Below are positions 21,801-36,800 of a stretch of 64,000 nucleotides of DNA, piece after piece. Within the stretch, counting starts at the first letter, position 1, and each line of letters starts with the position of its first letter. The position numbers and the translations under genes are program-made. The notes below the pieces were generated by a model. The model made no database searches. It had not been told where the DNA came from and worked only from the letters and a program-made list of their open reading frames with translations. Source of the DNA: a virus (lineage: Duplodnaviria > Caudoviricetes); IMG/VR virus record IMGVR_UViG_3300021255_002052, positions 32,001-96,000 of that record; one strand, given 5' to 3'.

Positions 21801-24800
21801 GGGATTCTTCAGGAATTAGACAGCCGTTACGTCAGCTTGGCCGCCTCTGCCGGACAGGCAGCGACTGCTACCCAACAGATGGCCGACGCGAAAGCAAGTA
21901 TCGGAAAAGATAATATCAATAAGCTTCAGGGTAAAATTGACGAGTATAAAGACTCTGCGAATAAACGTCTAGCTGACACGCTCTCTTCTACCGGGATTTC
22001 AACTACCGGTGCATACAAGAATTTCATAGAGAATATTAAGGGACAGATCGGAAACATCGACTCTGCTTCTTCTCTAAAAGACGTAGTTTCGAAGATAGAC
22101 AACTTTAAAACCTATATTTCTAAACGCTAGACGAAGTCCACTGGTCTGTTAGATGAATATAAATAGGCTATGACCCTATAGTCTCAACTTCAGGCTCAAT
22201 TATCCACAATGAAACCTGGAGATGCGGGATTTGACAAGATCAAGCAAGATCTAGACGACGCGACAAAGAAAACCAGCGAATTACGTACATAGCTCGAACG
22301 TTTAGACGATGTGACGCCGGATATTAGTACGAAGCTGGATACCTTTGACAACGAGGCGAAGGCCACGGCTCAAGCTGAGAAAGAAAAAGATTTACTGGAT
22401 CAGATTACTAAAGCAGAGGAAAAACGTGCGAATGCCCAGAAAAGGCTAGTATCTACCAACACGGATGCTCCGAGTAGCGCGAAGGTTTACGCAGAGGCTA
22501 ATCAGGAAATTTCGACCCAAACAGAATTAATCAATAAGCTCACTGAAGCGTATATGAACCTAACGGGCGGAACTACTGCCGCTCAAGATACCATCGCCAG
22601 AACAATAGCTGGAGCGGGCGCTGATACCAAGGCCAGTATGGCGCAGTAGATTGAACGGTATAAGTCTCAGGCGTACAATGAATTGAATAGCTCGGCTATT
22701 ACCGGTTCTGATTTCACGAAAATATCTGATAACATATCTAATCTCACAGGGAAAACAGATCTAGACAAGATTCTCCAGACAATTAAAGAACTTAATAAAG
22801 AAGCACAAAAACCGACTGAACAGCAGAATAAGCTAAAAGAATATGTGGAAGCTGTTAAGGAACAGGAAAAAGCTCAACTGCACTTGAATGCAATAAACAA
22901 AGACACAAACCCGTATGCATGGGATGCGCAAAAGAACGCTGTAGACCAACTCACACAGAAGGTGCGGGACCTCGGTGAGGAATATGTCAAACTCTCTTAT
23001 AATGAGGAAGTTGCGAGGAATGCCCTAAAGTTTAACGCCGGAGAAGCGGTAGCTGAGGTTGATCGTAACTGGAGTGGTAAAACTACAGCCAATTTCCAAG
23101 ACGAGACACATCAATATTTTCTTCGATTCCTATAGAAATATGGGAATATCTCAGACAAAAATCAGGATTATCTGAATATACGTAATAGAATTAGAGGAAT
23201 AATGGATGCCACATCGGCGAGTGGTGTCAGAACGGATATTGATGAATGGGCTAATCGCTTAGACCAGGAAAGAAAAGAACGAGAAGAGCTATACAGCAAA
23301 TTATCTACTAAGCAATGGAAAGATTATGGGTATCTACAGGGAAAACTCGAACTTGCCGGAGGAGATACGTCGAAACTAACTTCCGACGAATTGAGCAGAT
23401 ACAACGAATATCTACAAGTCTTATCAAAAATCGAACAAAAGATCGGTGATATCACTAAAGGGGTGTCCGGACTAACATTACCGGAAGGTATAACTGACGG
23501 CGAGTTTTCTAAGATAGACAAAATGCTCGACAATGCCAAGGAAATGCAGAAGTCGAAAGCATTTGAAATCAAGGTAGGGAATAACCCGGAACTTCAGGGT
23601 TATCTGCTTCAAATTAATAACCTAAGAAATGTGATCGACGGTATAGGTCCAATAGCAGATAGAGCTGAAAATGAATTGGCGGAGCTAAATGCTCAATTCG
23701 CTAAAAAAGGCGACATGTCTGGCTTCACGGAAAGAGCGCAAGAGGTCGTATCTAACCTGAGTAAAATTCAGAGAGTGATGCCGGAAGAAACCACTAGAGA
23801 AGGTGGTGTTGCTGCGGCACGGAGCATGATCGAACAGAGAAGTGGTGGTACTGCTACCGGCTATAAGGTAGATTATAACGGCAACACGTCTACTGTCACG
23901 GCTGAATATAGAGACCAGAACAATATGATCCGTACTCTTTCGGCCTCTTATAATGAACTTGACAGGAGTATTAGTCTCACGCAGACAAGGGCTGTATAGG
24001 GATAGACCATAATGCAACAATTCGCCGAGGGGCTCAAGCAACGCATGATGAGCCTCGGCTAGTATCTTCTGACTTTTGTGTCCTTCTACGATATTATTAA
24101 TATGGCGAAGTAGGCGGCATCGATCGTGACAGATTTCGATACTGCTTTTACTGAGATGAGAAAAGTATCAGACGAATCGGTTTAGTCGCTAAAGCAATTC
24201 CAGGAAGAGTCTTTCGCTATCGGAGATTCAGTTGGAACGACCGGATTACAGATCGAACAGTCCACCGCTGAATTTATGAGACTTGGATAGGCTCTAGAAG
24301 AAGCAAAAGAATCCGCAAAGAATGCCAACATACTTTTTAACGTATCAGAATTCGATACTATAGATGAAGCTACGGAATCCCTAATCGCGATGTCTTAGGC
24401 ATTCGACGATGTGAGCCAGACTGAAATCATTGATTCGCTCAATAAAATTGGTAACGATTTCTCAATCAGCACATCTGGACTATCAGAAGCCCTCCAAAAT
24501 TCCGCATCAGCATTAAGGACATCTGGAAACGATCTAGCTGAATCCCTGGCCATCCTAACCGCTGGTAACTAGGTCGTGCAAGATCCGAATAAAGTCGGGG
24601 CTGGCGCTAGAACAATCGCTCTGCGTCTGTCTGGAACTGATCAGGCGAAAACTGAGTTGGCGGAATTGGGTGAAGAGACCGAAGGTGTCATTACTACGGT
24701 CTCAAAACTCAGAGATACAATAATGAACGCCACGAGGGTATCTTCCAATTCCTACAAAGGGTTTGATATTCTAAATGAGAATGGGAATTATAAGAGCACC

Positions 24801-27800
24801 TATGAAATAATCCAAGGCATTGCCGACATATGGGAAGAGATCGGTCAGAACGATATCGTGACTGGAAATAATAACCAGAATCTACTCCTAGAAAAGATGG
24901 CTGGCAAGAATAGGTCGAATATTCTAGCCTCCATGCTTCAATCACCGGACGTTCTTAGAGATGCCTATGAAGAAGCTCAGGACGCAGCAGGATCAGCAGC
25001 TAAAGAGAACGAGAAATATATCGATTCAATAGAAGGAAGAACAAAAGCATTAAAGAATCAACTTCAGGAACTAGCTACTACTACTCTCAAATCCGGTTTT
25101 CTTAAAGCCATAGTATCTGGCGGGACCGAAGCCCTGAAGATAATTACCGAACTCGAAAAAGGACTAGGCCTTCTAGGAACTGCGGCTCTTGGAGGAGGTG
25201 GGATTGGTTTTGCAAAAGCCCTAATGAAAAACATGGACGCTATAAAGAAGGGAGCTTTCGCGCAAACGTCCGCCGAATAGCTCACTACTTCTTTAAATGC
25301 TTTAGGCTCTACGTATTCTGGTTTTTCTGGTGGCGACGCTCAAGTGAAAGGGCTCGAACTCTTCACTAAGGCTAAAACAGCTATAGAAATTGGAAACATA
25401 GAATATAATACCGATCAATTACAGGCTTTTGCTAACGCGCTTAGATCTACAGCAGGAGAGGCCGGAAATGTGGCGGCAGGTCTTTTTGAAGCGGCATATG
25501 GAATTGATAAAGTTAGCCAAACTGCACAGGAAGCACAGAAACAAACTGGCGTATTATCAAATATGTTCTCAGCTTTTAAAGCAAATCCAATTCCGGGATT
25601 AATAGCGGCAGGGACATTAGCTATAACAGTTATTTCAGGAGTAGTAAAACATATATAGAAACAGAAACAAGAAGCTATATAGAGTGCTTCTGAGGGGGCA
25701 TCCGAGTTTAAGAAGACATCGGATAATGTTGAAGAAAGTGTTCTTGCGTATAATTCGTTATATGAAGCTATGGCAAGCGGGAATCAAACTGAAAAAGAAG
25801 CGGCTCAGACTAAATCAGAACTCCTATCTCTATAGCAGCAACTAGTGGAAACGTACGGAGCTCAAGCAGAAGGAATAGACCTCGTAAACGGATCATACGA
25901 TGAGCAAGTTGCAAAGATTAAAGAAATAGAAGAAGCAAGCGCAAGGGCAATGCTCGCGAAAAACAAAGTGACAGGTACGAGCGATGGTAACTTTGAAACT
26001 GCTGTTGAAGAAATGGAAAAACAGTATGGTGCTGATAATAGAAATACTTGGATGTCATTATCTCAGACGGACGAAATCGGCTCTAAGATACTGGACGTCG
26101 CTAGTAAATACGTCGGGAAAGGTGTGGAAATAGTCGCGAATGACCTAAATCCGGATCTCAAAGATGTAGTTTTGACAGGCACAGTAAAAGATGTCAACAA
26201 AACAGCGCTAGATCTAAAAACAGCTCTGCAAGAATCTGATTTCTACGAGGATAACACTGGCAATGAGTGGATCTCTGTGATGGAGAGAACTCTTGATGCA
26301 GTTTATGACGACACCGATGAAATTCTCAAAAACTATGAAGAAACTTATACTCAGTATTTAGAAGCTTCAATGATTACCAGTACAAAGAGATTGTCTGCTG
26401 GTAATAAGAAAGAGAAAATCGGGGATTTCTATTACGACTACATGAAAGCGATTGCTGATTACCAGAGAGCAGTCGAAATTGGTGCAGACAACGATAAAGT
26501 CGAAGAAGCTAGAGCAAAAGTTGAAGAACTCGGGCTTGCCTGGGATGCTGTAGCCGATCAAGAAGGGTTTTCCAAATACGGAATCTTGATCGATGGACTA
26601 GAAGAATCTCTCGACAGCGCAACTATAAAAGCTTACGAATTCAAGCGTGCTCTTTCGAATCCGACAGAGAATAGCGAAGATTTCAATAAAGCGATGAACG
26701 CTATAAGAGAAAGCGGCGCAACGAAAGATGAGCTACTCTCCTCTTATGGAACCGGAAGTTCAAAATCCGAGCATAATAAATACTACGGCATCGTTGAATC
26801 TGCCGCTCAAGCGGCTCAATAGGCTGGGTTTATAGATGAAGTTACGGAAGCAACTGTTTCTTGGCTACTAACCCAGTTCGAAAATTCTATGCCGTCGAGT
26901 TATTCCGGAAGAGAACAGAAAGCCGCAACTTTCAGCGATTTTCTGAAAGGAACCGCCGAATCTGATTCAGAGAAGACAATAAGCGATATTGTAGACGATT
27001 ACCAGAGCGCGGTATCCAGTATCGATGAAGTCAGAAACAAATTCCTGAGTGAATCGATGACTTCCTCAGAGTTTACTGACATGTTACAGACTTATCCCGA
27101 ACTGGCCGAAGATGCCAAATTCATGCAGGAAGTAACGGATAACATGGATCCTTCCGGATTCATTCGCTATTCTTCCGGTATTGAAAGTGCCTTAAAGGGC
27201 CTATAGTTCGATAAGGTCAAGGAAGAAGTCAAGGATCTAAACAGTGCTATCGGTGACCAGTAGAAAGAGCTGGATCTGATGATCACGCAGGGCGCTGATC
27301 AAAAGGTGATATCTGCTCAAAGAGCTACGATCCAGAAAACCAAGGATTACCTCAAGACTCTGATCTCCACGTCTGACTTCTCCGGAATCTTAGCAGATGA
27401 TATCAGATCTGTATTTTATTCTAGCACATTCGCGGCTGAGAAAGATGCAGAAGTGAGGAAAGCTAGCCAGGATCAAGTGTTCAATCTAGCCAAAAATGGA
27501 CATGCGGAAGCGGTTGCTACTCTCCTACTTGAAACCAATACTGCTACCTGGGATTATGAACGTTGGGTGGCTGAGATCGAGAGTAAGGAGATCGAACTCA
27601 AAACTCGCATAGATACGGAAGCTATCCAAGGCGCGACTTCACAAATTCAGGATGCACTCTCCAAGAATTCGAATCTTAAAGGAGTTATTGATTCGGCGAC
27701 GAACCGAGAATTTAACACAGACTCCGTATTGGATCTTATCAATCAATTCCCTCTTCTGACTCAGAATACTAACGAATGGGCGGCGATTATCGGCTCTATT

Positions 27801-30800
27801 GATTCTGATGGACTGGTGACAGACGTACAGGCAGTCTCTGATCTTGTTGCGGGAATGACTTTTGATAATCTTTCCGGACTTGGAACATATTTCGATACTA
27901 TAGCAGAAAAAGCGAGAATTAATTCTAACGTATTTGATGATTTACGCAAAAAGATAATTGATCTTTCGGATTTATCATCTGTAAGCTGGGAAGATATTAT
28001 AGATTCTGACGCTTATAAGAGTTTGTCTGGTTACACGAGAACAAAACTAGCTGAAACTGGAGCTCCGACAGAGGTCCTAGCTAAAATTATACTCAGAGGA
28101 GATATTGATCTCAATACTCTTGAGCAGGATATCCAAGAAGGTATCGCCCAGATCGAACACCGGAAATTCTAGGCTCAGATATCTGTACTGACGACTTACA
28201 ACTCCGACATTTCGTCTATTAGAGATGCGGAGGCCGAAATCGCTCAGGGTACGATGACACCGGACAAAGCCCTCTCTCTCGCTTCTAGCTTACCGGAAGT
28301 GGCAAAGGCGGCGGAAGAACTAGGCCTCACGTTTACAGATATGAATGCCGACGAGATCTTAGACGATGTCGACAAACTATAGGTTGCACTGGCTAATGCG
28401 AAATTTGACAGACTAGAACGACTCCTATCTGATAAAAATGTCGGTCGAGCCGAGAAACTCTCTGCCATAGCTAACGCGGATCTTTCCGGCAATACGCGTC
28501 AAAATGATTATCTCGCCAGAGGAGGCCACGTACAAAACGAATGGTTAGCTAATAGGCTAGCTGGCGAAGGCGAATTTGAGAATACATACGGTTTTGGCCG
28601 AGAGTCTGCGTACCAGACGGTGGTCGGCGTTTAGATGATGCTCGACGCAGGGTCTTTAGAAAATACCGAAGCTTCTGTAGAATAGGCATTCTCGGCACTA
28701 GAGCCTAAGGTCGCGATCTAGTTGGCGGAAGGTTCGATCAGAGATATTGAACAGCAGATTACCACGATCTCACAGGTCGCTAGCGACTAGATGGCAAACG
28801 GATACGTCACTTAGGAGCAGTTAAATACCCTGAAAGCTGCCGGTATCGATTATTCGCAGATGCTCGAAGTCGGTGCTAAAGGCTGGAAACTGAACACGGA
28901 TAAAGTCCAGGAATACGAAGATGCTCTCCGTGCGGTTCAGGTGGCTCAGTCGAAACAAACCGAGAATATCGCGAAAGATAGGGTGGCTGCCTTAGATAAA
29001 TAGATGAAGGAACTCCTCGGAGAAGGATCGGGGTCAGCTAAAATAGCAGAAGAAGCCGGTAAGAACGCCGCGAATAATTTTGTCAGTGGCATGTCTAGCG
29101 AGCTCGAAACTGCGGCCAGAGGTGGAACTACAGCATACGGAAAAGCAGAGCAAGAAACCGCTAAGACAGATATCGCGGAGCGCATTCAGGCTGGTGCATC
29201 AGCACAGGATCTATTGGATGAAGGATACGGATTCCAGGATCTGGCGGCTGCTCAGAATTATCTCGATCTTTCTGATGCCAGGGCTGAGCTGGAAGAAACA
29301 ATATAGAAGCAACAGCAGTACCAGATGGCTACAGCGGCCTCTATAGATATAGCCAAACAGTTCAGCGAAGCAAGTTCTGCGGCCAACGACCGTGATCTGG
29401 CAGAGACTGTTAGCGGCGGAGTTAAAGGTGCGTTAGAGACGAAGAATAAGGGCTGGTGGGGAGATAAGAATCTTCAACAGTATGCGAAGTTCTTTGCGGA
29501 TAAAGACACACCTCTTTATAAGGCGCTCGATGAATTTGAATCATCTTGGAATAACGTCTGGTCGAAGTATTACGGTTCCGATGGAGAGATAACCGACGAC
29601 GGAGTTCAGAAGTTTATTTAGGACTCAGTCGGAAAAGGACTTACTCTCGATTCGGAAGTTGGGGAAGATGGTTATACGTTCGACTGGCTCTTAAAAGACG
29701 TTAATATAGATGAACTGGCTAAATCCTGGGATACTAGTACCGAAAATATTATCGCTCTTCTCTCCGCTTTTGAAGACACTCGTTCTTGGGATCAAGTTGA
29801 CTGGAGCTCGATATTTGGAAGCACTGACGAAATAAGTGATTCTGCTTCTGCAATGGACGAGTACATAAGCAATTTAGAGATTCTTCAGAAATATAATCCT
29901 GAAATGGATATGGGGTAGTACTTCTAGACGGCAGCGGAAGGACTCAAAACTCTCTAGGCGAGCGATCCAAATGCAGACATACAAGGGTACGTAGATAGGC
30001 TTAATCAATTAGCGCAATTGACTGGTTAGGATTATGTGGTAACAGTTACAGACAGTGGCGATTTCGAAGTCGTCGACTCGAAGCTCGCTGAAATGCATGA
30101 AAAGATTGATCAAATCAATAAGAGCAATATTACCATTAACGCAGAAGGGAAAGTAGAAACCGATTCTGAAACAGAAAAACAATTAAATGCACTAGCCGAT
30201 TACGCAAACGGTGATGGCAAGGAGATGATGCTCAAGTGGGGATTTAAACCCGCTGAGAATGGTCAATTTACGCCGGAGGACTTAGCCAAGTAGATCATCG
30301 AGTTCCGCTGGAAATTTAGCGAAAAACCGGAAGTAGAACCTGGAGAAACTGGCAACGGTAAAGGATTTCATAGGGGTCCAGTAAAGAAAAATGCTAAAGG
30401 GGAACTCATAACCGGGGCTGTAGAATATACAGATTCGGGGGTAACCGAACCTGAAACCCATGTCATTGAGACAGAAACACCTACAGATCCGATGGAAAAC
30501 CTCAACAGTGGCGTAGATAATATATATAGCGGAATTGAAACAGCTAATGGATACCTGGCGACGATCGCAGGGAAAGCAGAAAAAGACTCTGAAAAAGATG
30601 AAGGATCAGAGCCTAAAACTGACGAGTCTGATACACCAAAAGACAATAGCGACAGACCTGATAAACATGGCCCAAGCACTACTAAAGAATATCGCGATCA
30701 ATTAGTGTCGGAAGGTAAAGTCGCAGAGGATACATCAACCGTATTTGAAAATTCAGTAAATGAATTATAGGAAAGCGCGAAAGAAGCCTACGAAGAAGCA

Positions 30801-33800
30801 CATGGTATCACAGAAGGCTTGCCATTAGTTTAGAATGCCATAAATGCAAATACATAGGCACAAGTTGATAACACCACCAGTGAAGAGTCAAAAGAGAACA
30901 TTCCTATCGATTTGCCGTATAATGAAGAGCCAGGTGTTGAAACAGGTTTACTTGGACTTACTCATCCTATCGGAGTTCCTTCATTTGGTCATGAGGTGTA
31001 TGCTTCCGAAAACGAAGGTGGTGATACAAGTTTCGTTGAGACCCCCACCGAAACCGAACAAACCGCTGAAAATGTATCTGTAAGTGGTCAAGTGGTTTAG
31101 GTCACAGATGATACCAACACTCCTGGCACTCTATCCAAAGGTGAGAGCCTTACATCGGAACAGAGATCGGAGTACTCTTCCACTGCCGAAACCCCAGAAG
31201 GTGAAGCATACGAGCCGGAATCTCAAACTTCTAGAGCAGTCATCAACGCAGACGTTGCTGAACTTAACGCTGATCTTCCTAACGAAACCGATCCTAATTA
31301 TCAGCCGCCTTCTGATGATTTCAATTATCGATTCATAAATCCGTCGAATCCTTTCACATACGGTCAAGCACCGCAACCCGCTCCGGGACAATCGCTCCCA
31401 ATGAATTAGGGGTTACAATTACAAACCGTCGAAGGGACTACCACACCGGGCGAATTATCCGCTTCTGAAGTTTCGGTAAGCGGCGGATCCGTAACAGTAT
31501 CTGGTCCAGTCGAGATACCTACGAGTACACCGACGGAGACTTCGACGTTCACTCCCACTCCTACCATTACTTCTGCCCCGGCTCCGGAAGCACCTACCAC
31601 TGAAGCGACTACGACGGTTACGGTAGAAGCAGACGTTACCCCAGCGGAAGAAGCCATAGCGGGGCTAGAGGATAAAACCGTAACAATTGGAGTATAGATA
31701 GAAACGCCGTAGCCAGAGGAGTTTTAGGGCGTTCTTGACCGAGTGGGTAATTCTGGTCCGCAGTCAGTATAGGTAGATGCATCTGTTCAAGATGGAGCGA
31801 CTGAAGGTTTATAGGAAGTTGAAAATAAAGCCAATGAGGTAGACGGCTTAAATCCGACAGTCACGGCAGAAACTTAGGATAACGCTAGTAGTGTTCTGGG
31901 CAATATAGTGAGTAGCGCGTAGGAAGTTGATGCTCAAACTCCGAATGTGGGCGTTGAAGCGACGGATAATGCGTCCTCTACTTTGGATAAGGTTAAAGGC
32001 CTGGCTGACGACGTAGAATCGACAGATCCAAACGTGAGTGTTAGTGCTAGTACAGGAAATACTATAAGCGTTCTTACGGATATTCTCAACAAAGTTAATC
32101 AACTGCCACCGAGCAGAATGATTAACATAACGACAAAATATACCACAATCGGAAATCCTCCTGGGCAAGCATCCGGTACCTTCCACCCAGCCCAAAACCT
32201 CGGCACTGTTAAATCAGCATTTGCTGATGGTACTGTTGGAAAGCTATGGGATGATTATTCTAGACAAAACAGTCTAGGTGCATATGCAAGAGGAACCGAT
32301 GTAACGCTCAGTCGTAACCAAGACGCATTGGTAAACGAGGTCGGTATTGAATCCATCGTTCGTGACGGTCAATGGATGCTAATGCCAGGTGGCAATGGCG
32401 TTCATGTAGAGAGCCTCAAACGCGGCGACATAGTTTTCAATGCCAGTTAGACTGCTGACCTAATCAAACACGGTAAGGCTTCTGGGCGCGGCAAAGTAGC
32501 ATACGCATCTGGTACTGCTACCAGCCCAATGCCCGCTTTCGTAAAAGCGACCGAAGAGCCGACCAAAGTACGACACAACAGAAATATCGTCCATAGCACT
32601 AACGGCAAAGGTCACGTCGAGATAATCAGAGATGGCAACCTCGTCGATCAAATCAGCGGCGTTGTCTCTAAGATGGCTCACGAAGTCGCGGGTGCAATAG
32701 AAGATGTTCAAGATAATAGCCCCGATTCGTGGTCTGACGGCTACGGAGTGACGCATCTGATCAACGCGCAATCTGCGGCTATTCAGGCTAACACTGCGGC
32801 GACGCAGAACAATACCAAGGTTAAGAATCAAGAAGCGACCTACGTAGACTTCGCGGAAAAGGTCATGAATCGCCTGTCCAAAGCGACGGCGAGACTTCAG
32901 AACCGCATCACGGAGTTTACCACCTATACATTTAAGAAGAACACCTTAAGATCCGAACTCGATTCTCTCGCTGACGAAATCGCGGCGGCTTCTGCTGCTC
33001 TCCCGGTCTATGCGGAGTACTTAGAGATGCTCCGTAATACCCCGATTCAGCACGAGTCCGGTTCTGATAGTGGCGGAGGTGGCGGCGGAGGATCCGACTC
33101 CGGTTCTGATTCTAGCGCCGATGATACGGCCGAAACAGATGCCGAGGCAGCTGCTACCAGGCTCGAAACAGCTAAGAGTAATCTCAAAGCGGCGAAATAG
33201 AACCTGAAGCAGAACTATAAACTTTCCGACGAACAAAGTAAGAAGCTTAAGAATAATAAGAAGATCGACGAATCCGAGATTAAAGGATCGAATAAGAAGA
33301 ACGCGGCTTCCGTATATAACGATGCGCTGAAGCAGTATAAGCAGTTAAAGAAACAGGAAGATACCGCGACCGAAACGACTGCGAAAGAAACGAGTAAGTC
33401 CGTTAAGAATACTGAGAAATCCACTGCCGAAGTTGCTCAGACTAGTAGTCAGACGGCTTCTAATAGTGGGGCTATCGTATCTAGTGCGGAAGCTGTACAG
33501 GCGTCCGGCTACGATATTGCGTCGTATACGGCATTGGGCGCTGCAGCTGGTTAGGATACTCTCACGGTGCTTCAGACAATTGCCGGATAGATAGCTGGCC
33601 TATCTACTCAGATTGCCGATATTAGCGTCAATGTTAACGTGAATGGCGGATCTGTGAGTACAAGCTCAGGCGGCGGATCTAAAAAGTCTGGAGGTGGAAA
33701 TAGCGGGGACGACGGTGACGACAGCGGAAATGGTGGCGTCGACGATTATTCCTGGAGTAAGAAGAATCAAAAAGCTATCGAAAACGGTGAAAAGATCGAC

Positions 33801-36800
33801 ATCTCCACCATCGATCCTTCCAAGAAAGATAAGATTAAAGCCGCCAAGCAATATAATAAATCTCTGAAGAATGGCGGAGGATCTAGTAGTTCTGGTTCCA
33901 GTAATAAGAGTTCCGGCGGTAATTCTGGCGGAAATGTTAAAAGTAAATCCGGAGGTGGAGGACTTTCTGTCTCTAGCAGTAACAGCGGTTCCGCGAGCCC
34001 CGAAGAAAAGCAGTTCAAGAAAGAAATGAAGGCGGCGGCTAAGGAAGTTAAGAACTCCTATTCGCTCACTTCTAATTAGAAATCTTCGATTAAGAAAGGT
34101 GAGACTTTATCTACTAAGGGTATCACCGATCCGACGAAGAAGTAGGCTTTCCAGACATATAATCAAGCCGTAAAGAAATATAACAATGCTAAAGTTTCTC
34201 GAAGCGTTACGAGCAATAGTAATAATTCAAGTTCAAGTTTCGATAACTTCGGACCTAACATGGATTACATCAACAAAGTTCAGTCTTCTCTGGGCAAAGG
34301 CGGCGGAGGAGGCGGAGGAGGCGGTTTCCAGAATGCCAGGATTATGATACCAGAAGGTCTTGCCACAGGTGAAGAGACCACTGAAATAGATCCGGCATTT
34401 GCTGGTGATTATCTTGGTGCGTACGCTGATCTCCTTGAAGATAATAATCTGGTCGATATTCTTGGGCTAGATAAAGATCTGGCTGCCGCTATAGAGGAAT
34501 ATGATGAGTTCTTAAGCAAACTTGAAGACACTAAAGATACTCTCGAATAGCTCTATCAGCAAGTCGTATAGGTCTGGGATTAGATGGCGCAAGCTCCGCT
34601 GGAAGAAGCTGACCGTCAGATCGAACAGCTAGAATTAGGAATAGATGGTCTAACTGCGGCTCTCGGTCGGTTAGATAGCGCGATGGCGGGTGGTTCTACA
34701 CTCAACGTTCTCGACACTATCAGAGAGACATAGAAAGCTGCGGCAGATTATACCGCGACATCTCAAGCGGTTCTCGATGCTATCCGTGGCGTAAACGCTG
34801 ATAAAACAGAAAACGCGGCTAAACAAGTAGAAATTAGACGGTGGGCGGTTGACGAAGCCAAGCAGGTTCTCGATGACGCATAGACCGCCATGGATGACCT
34901 AACTCGCGAATTAGATACGAAGATCGCTGAATATAAGAAAATTCGAGAAGAAACCGAAGTGAAGGTAGCTTAGGCCCAGGGCGAAGTGACTGCCACTTCT
35001 GCTGCTGTAGCTGCTCTGGAAGAAACAGATGCGATAAAATATTATAATGATGTCGGCGCATTGTGGGGCAAAGGTGCGCTACTTATGAGCGGGAATATTG
35101 GTATCGCTGGAACTGTTACTGGCTACGATCCTCGCGTATGGAATGAGATTAAGTGGCGGGGTGATGACTGGAAGTTTATGCCCGGCGGCCCGCTAGAAGT
35201 TGGATAGGAAAGAGCTGGAGATCCATATGCTGATCAGAAGCCGCAAACATCCGGTGGAGTTATAGATGAATACAAAGCTGCTGTTTAGAAAGCCGGGGAA
35301 GCGACGGCAGAACTTACCTAGCAACAGACGGCGCTTAGGGAAGCTACCTATATGCTCGCCCAGGCGGAACTCGACAAAACTCTCCGCGAGGAGATGTAGG
35401 CAGAGATTCTCCAGCAAGCTAAACTCGCATATGATTAGGCTCAGACTGCGTTAGCGTAGGCCGAATCCGAATACGCGGCTCAGTACATCCAGGAAATCGT
35501 AGATAACTTCGGCGCAGTAGAAGAAGCCTTCGAATCTGTACTGAATTATCAGAAAGCTCTCGACGAAAACGAAGAACTATACGTCAAAAACGCAGAAGAT
35601 CGCGGAAACCGTATCACGGCGGCGATGCGTCAGTTCCAGTCAGGCAATCTTATCGGACAAACCGCGACGCTAAGAGCAGAAATCGCGGCGCTGAACGAAG
35701 AACTGTCTGGTGATAGGCTAGTCTACGGATCTAAGGAATGGAACGACCTGATGTCCCAGATCCTGGATAAGGAGACGGAACTTAACGATCTACTGAATCA
35801 GCAACATAGTATTCTGCTTAATATTCTCTCCGACGTGAAAGAACATTACGGTGTTCTGATCGATCATCTGGAGCAGGTTAATAAGCTGAACGATGCGTGG
35901 ATTGATGCCGCCAAGGCTATAGGCGATTACGAGACGGAGCTCTCCTACGTATAGAGATATGCGGAACAGCAGGGACTCGTTAATCTGTATCTACAGCAGT
36001 CGGCAGATGCGTAGGAACAGTTTAATAACTTGGTTGCAAGCGGAGAACTGATCGCTGGTACGGATGAATATATAGCCAAACAGTCAGAGGTTCTGAGTCT
36101 AATTAACGATGCCAAGGATGCCCAGAACGAACTTCGCCAGATTGAAGCCGACCGTATCCAGTATACTATCGACCGCTACGAAGAGTTACTGGAAAGAACC
36201 GACAACTACGTAGATATTATTCAGGCTCTCGGGTCTCTGATTACTGATGCTGCTAAATTCGATTATAAGACTGGCAATCTGACCGATATGGGACAGGCGA
36301 CCATCGCTATAGAGATGACGGCTTGGCAGGAAAACACCGAGCAGTTGCGCGACGTACTCGAAGAACGGCAGAGACTGCGCGACGAATTCGCTAGTAATCC
36401 GGATTTCGGAGAACAGGCATTTGCGGAAGCCCTCGACGCTAACGATAAACAGATTCAAGAGTATCTGTCTAATATCAAGGGTGCGGCGGATCAGATCGTT
36501 GAAATCGGAATAATGATAGCCGAGAAGCAATTAGCGGCGATTAATAAGACAATAGATGCTAGGAAAAAGGCGCTCTAGCTGGAGCAAGATTATTATAATT
36601 ACGACAAGTCGTTAAAGAGTTCGACGAAGGACATAGAGCTGTTAAATGCTTAGATTTCGGCCCTTGACGGCGTAGCAGATGCTGAGAGCCGCGCAATGAA
36701 GGCTCGTCTCGAAGCTCAGAGGCAAGAACTTCAGGAAGACTTAGATGATACTGTAAGAAATCACGTCGTTTCGCTCCAGACTGAAGGCCTCACCGAGATG

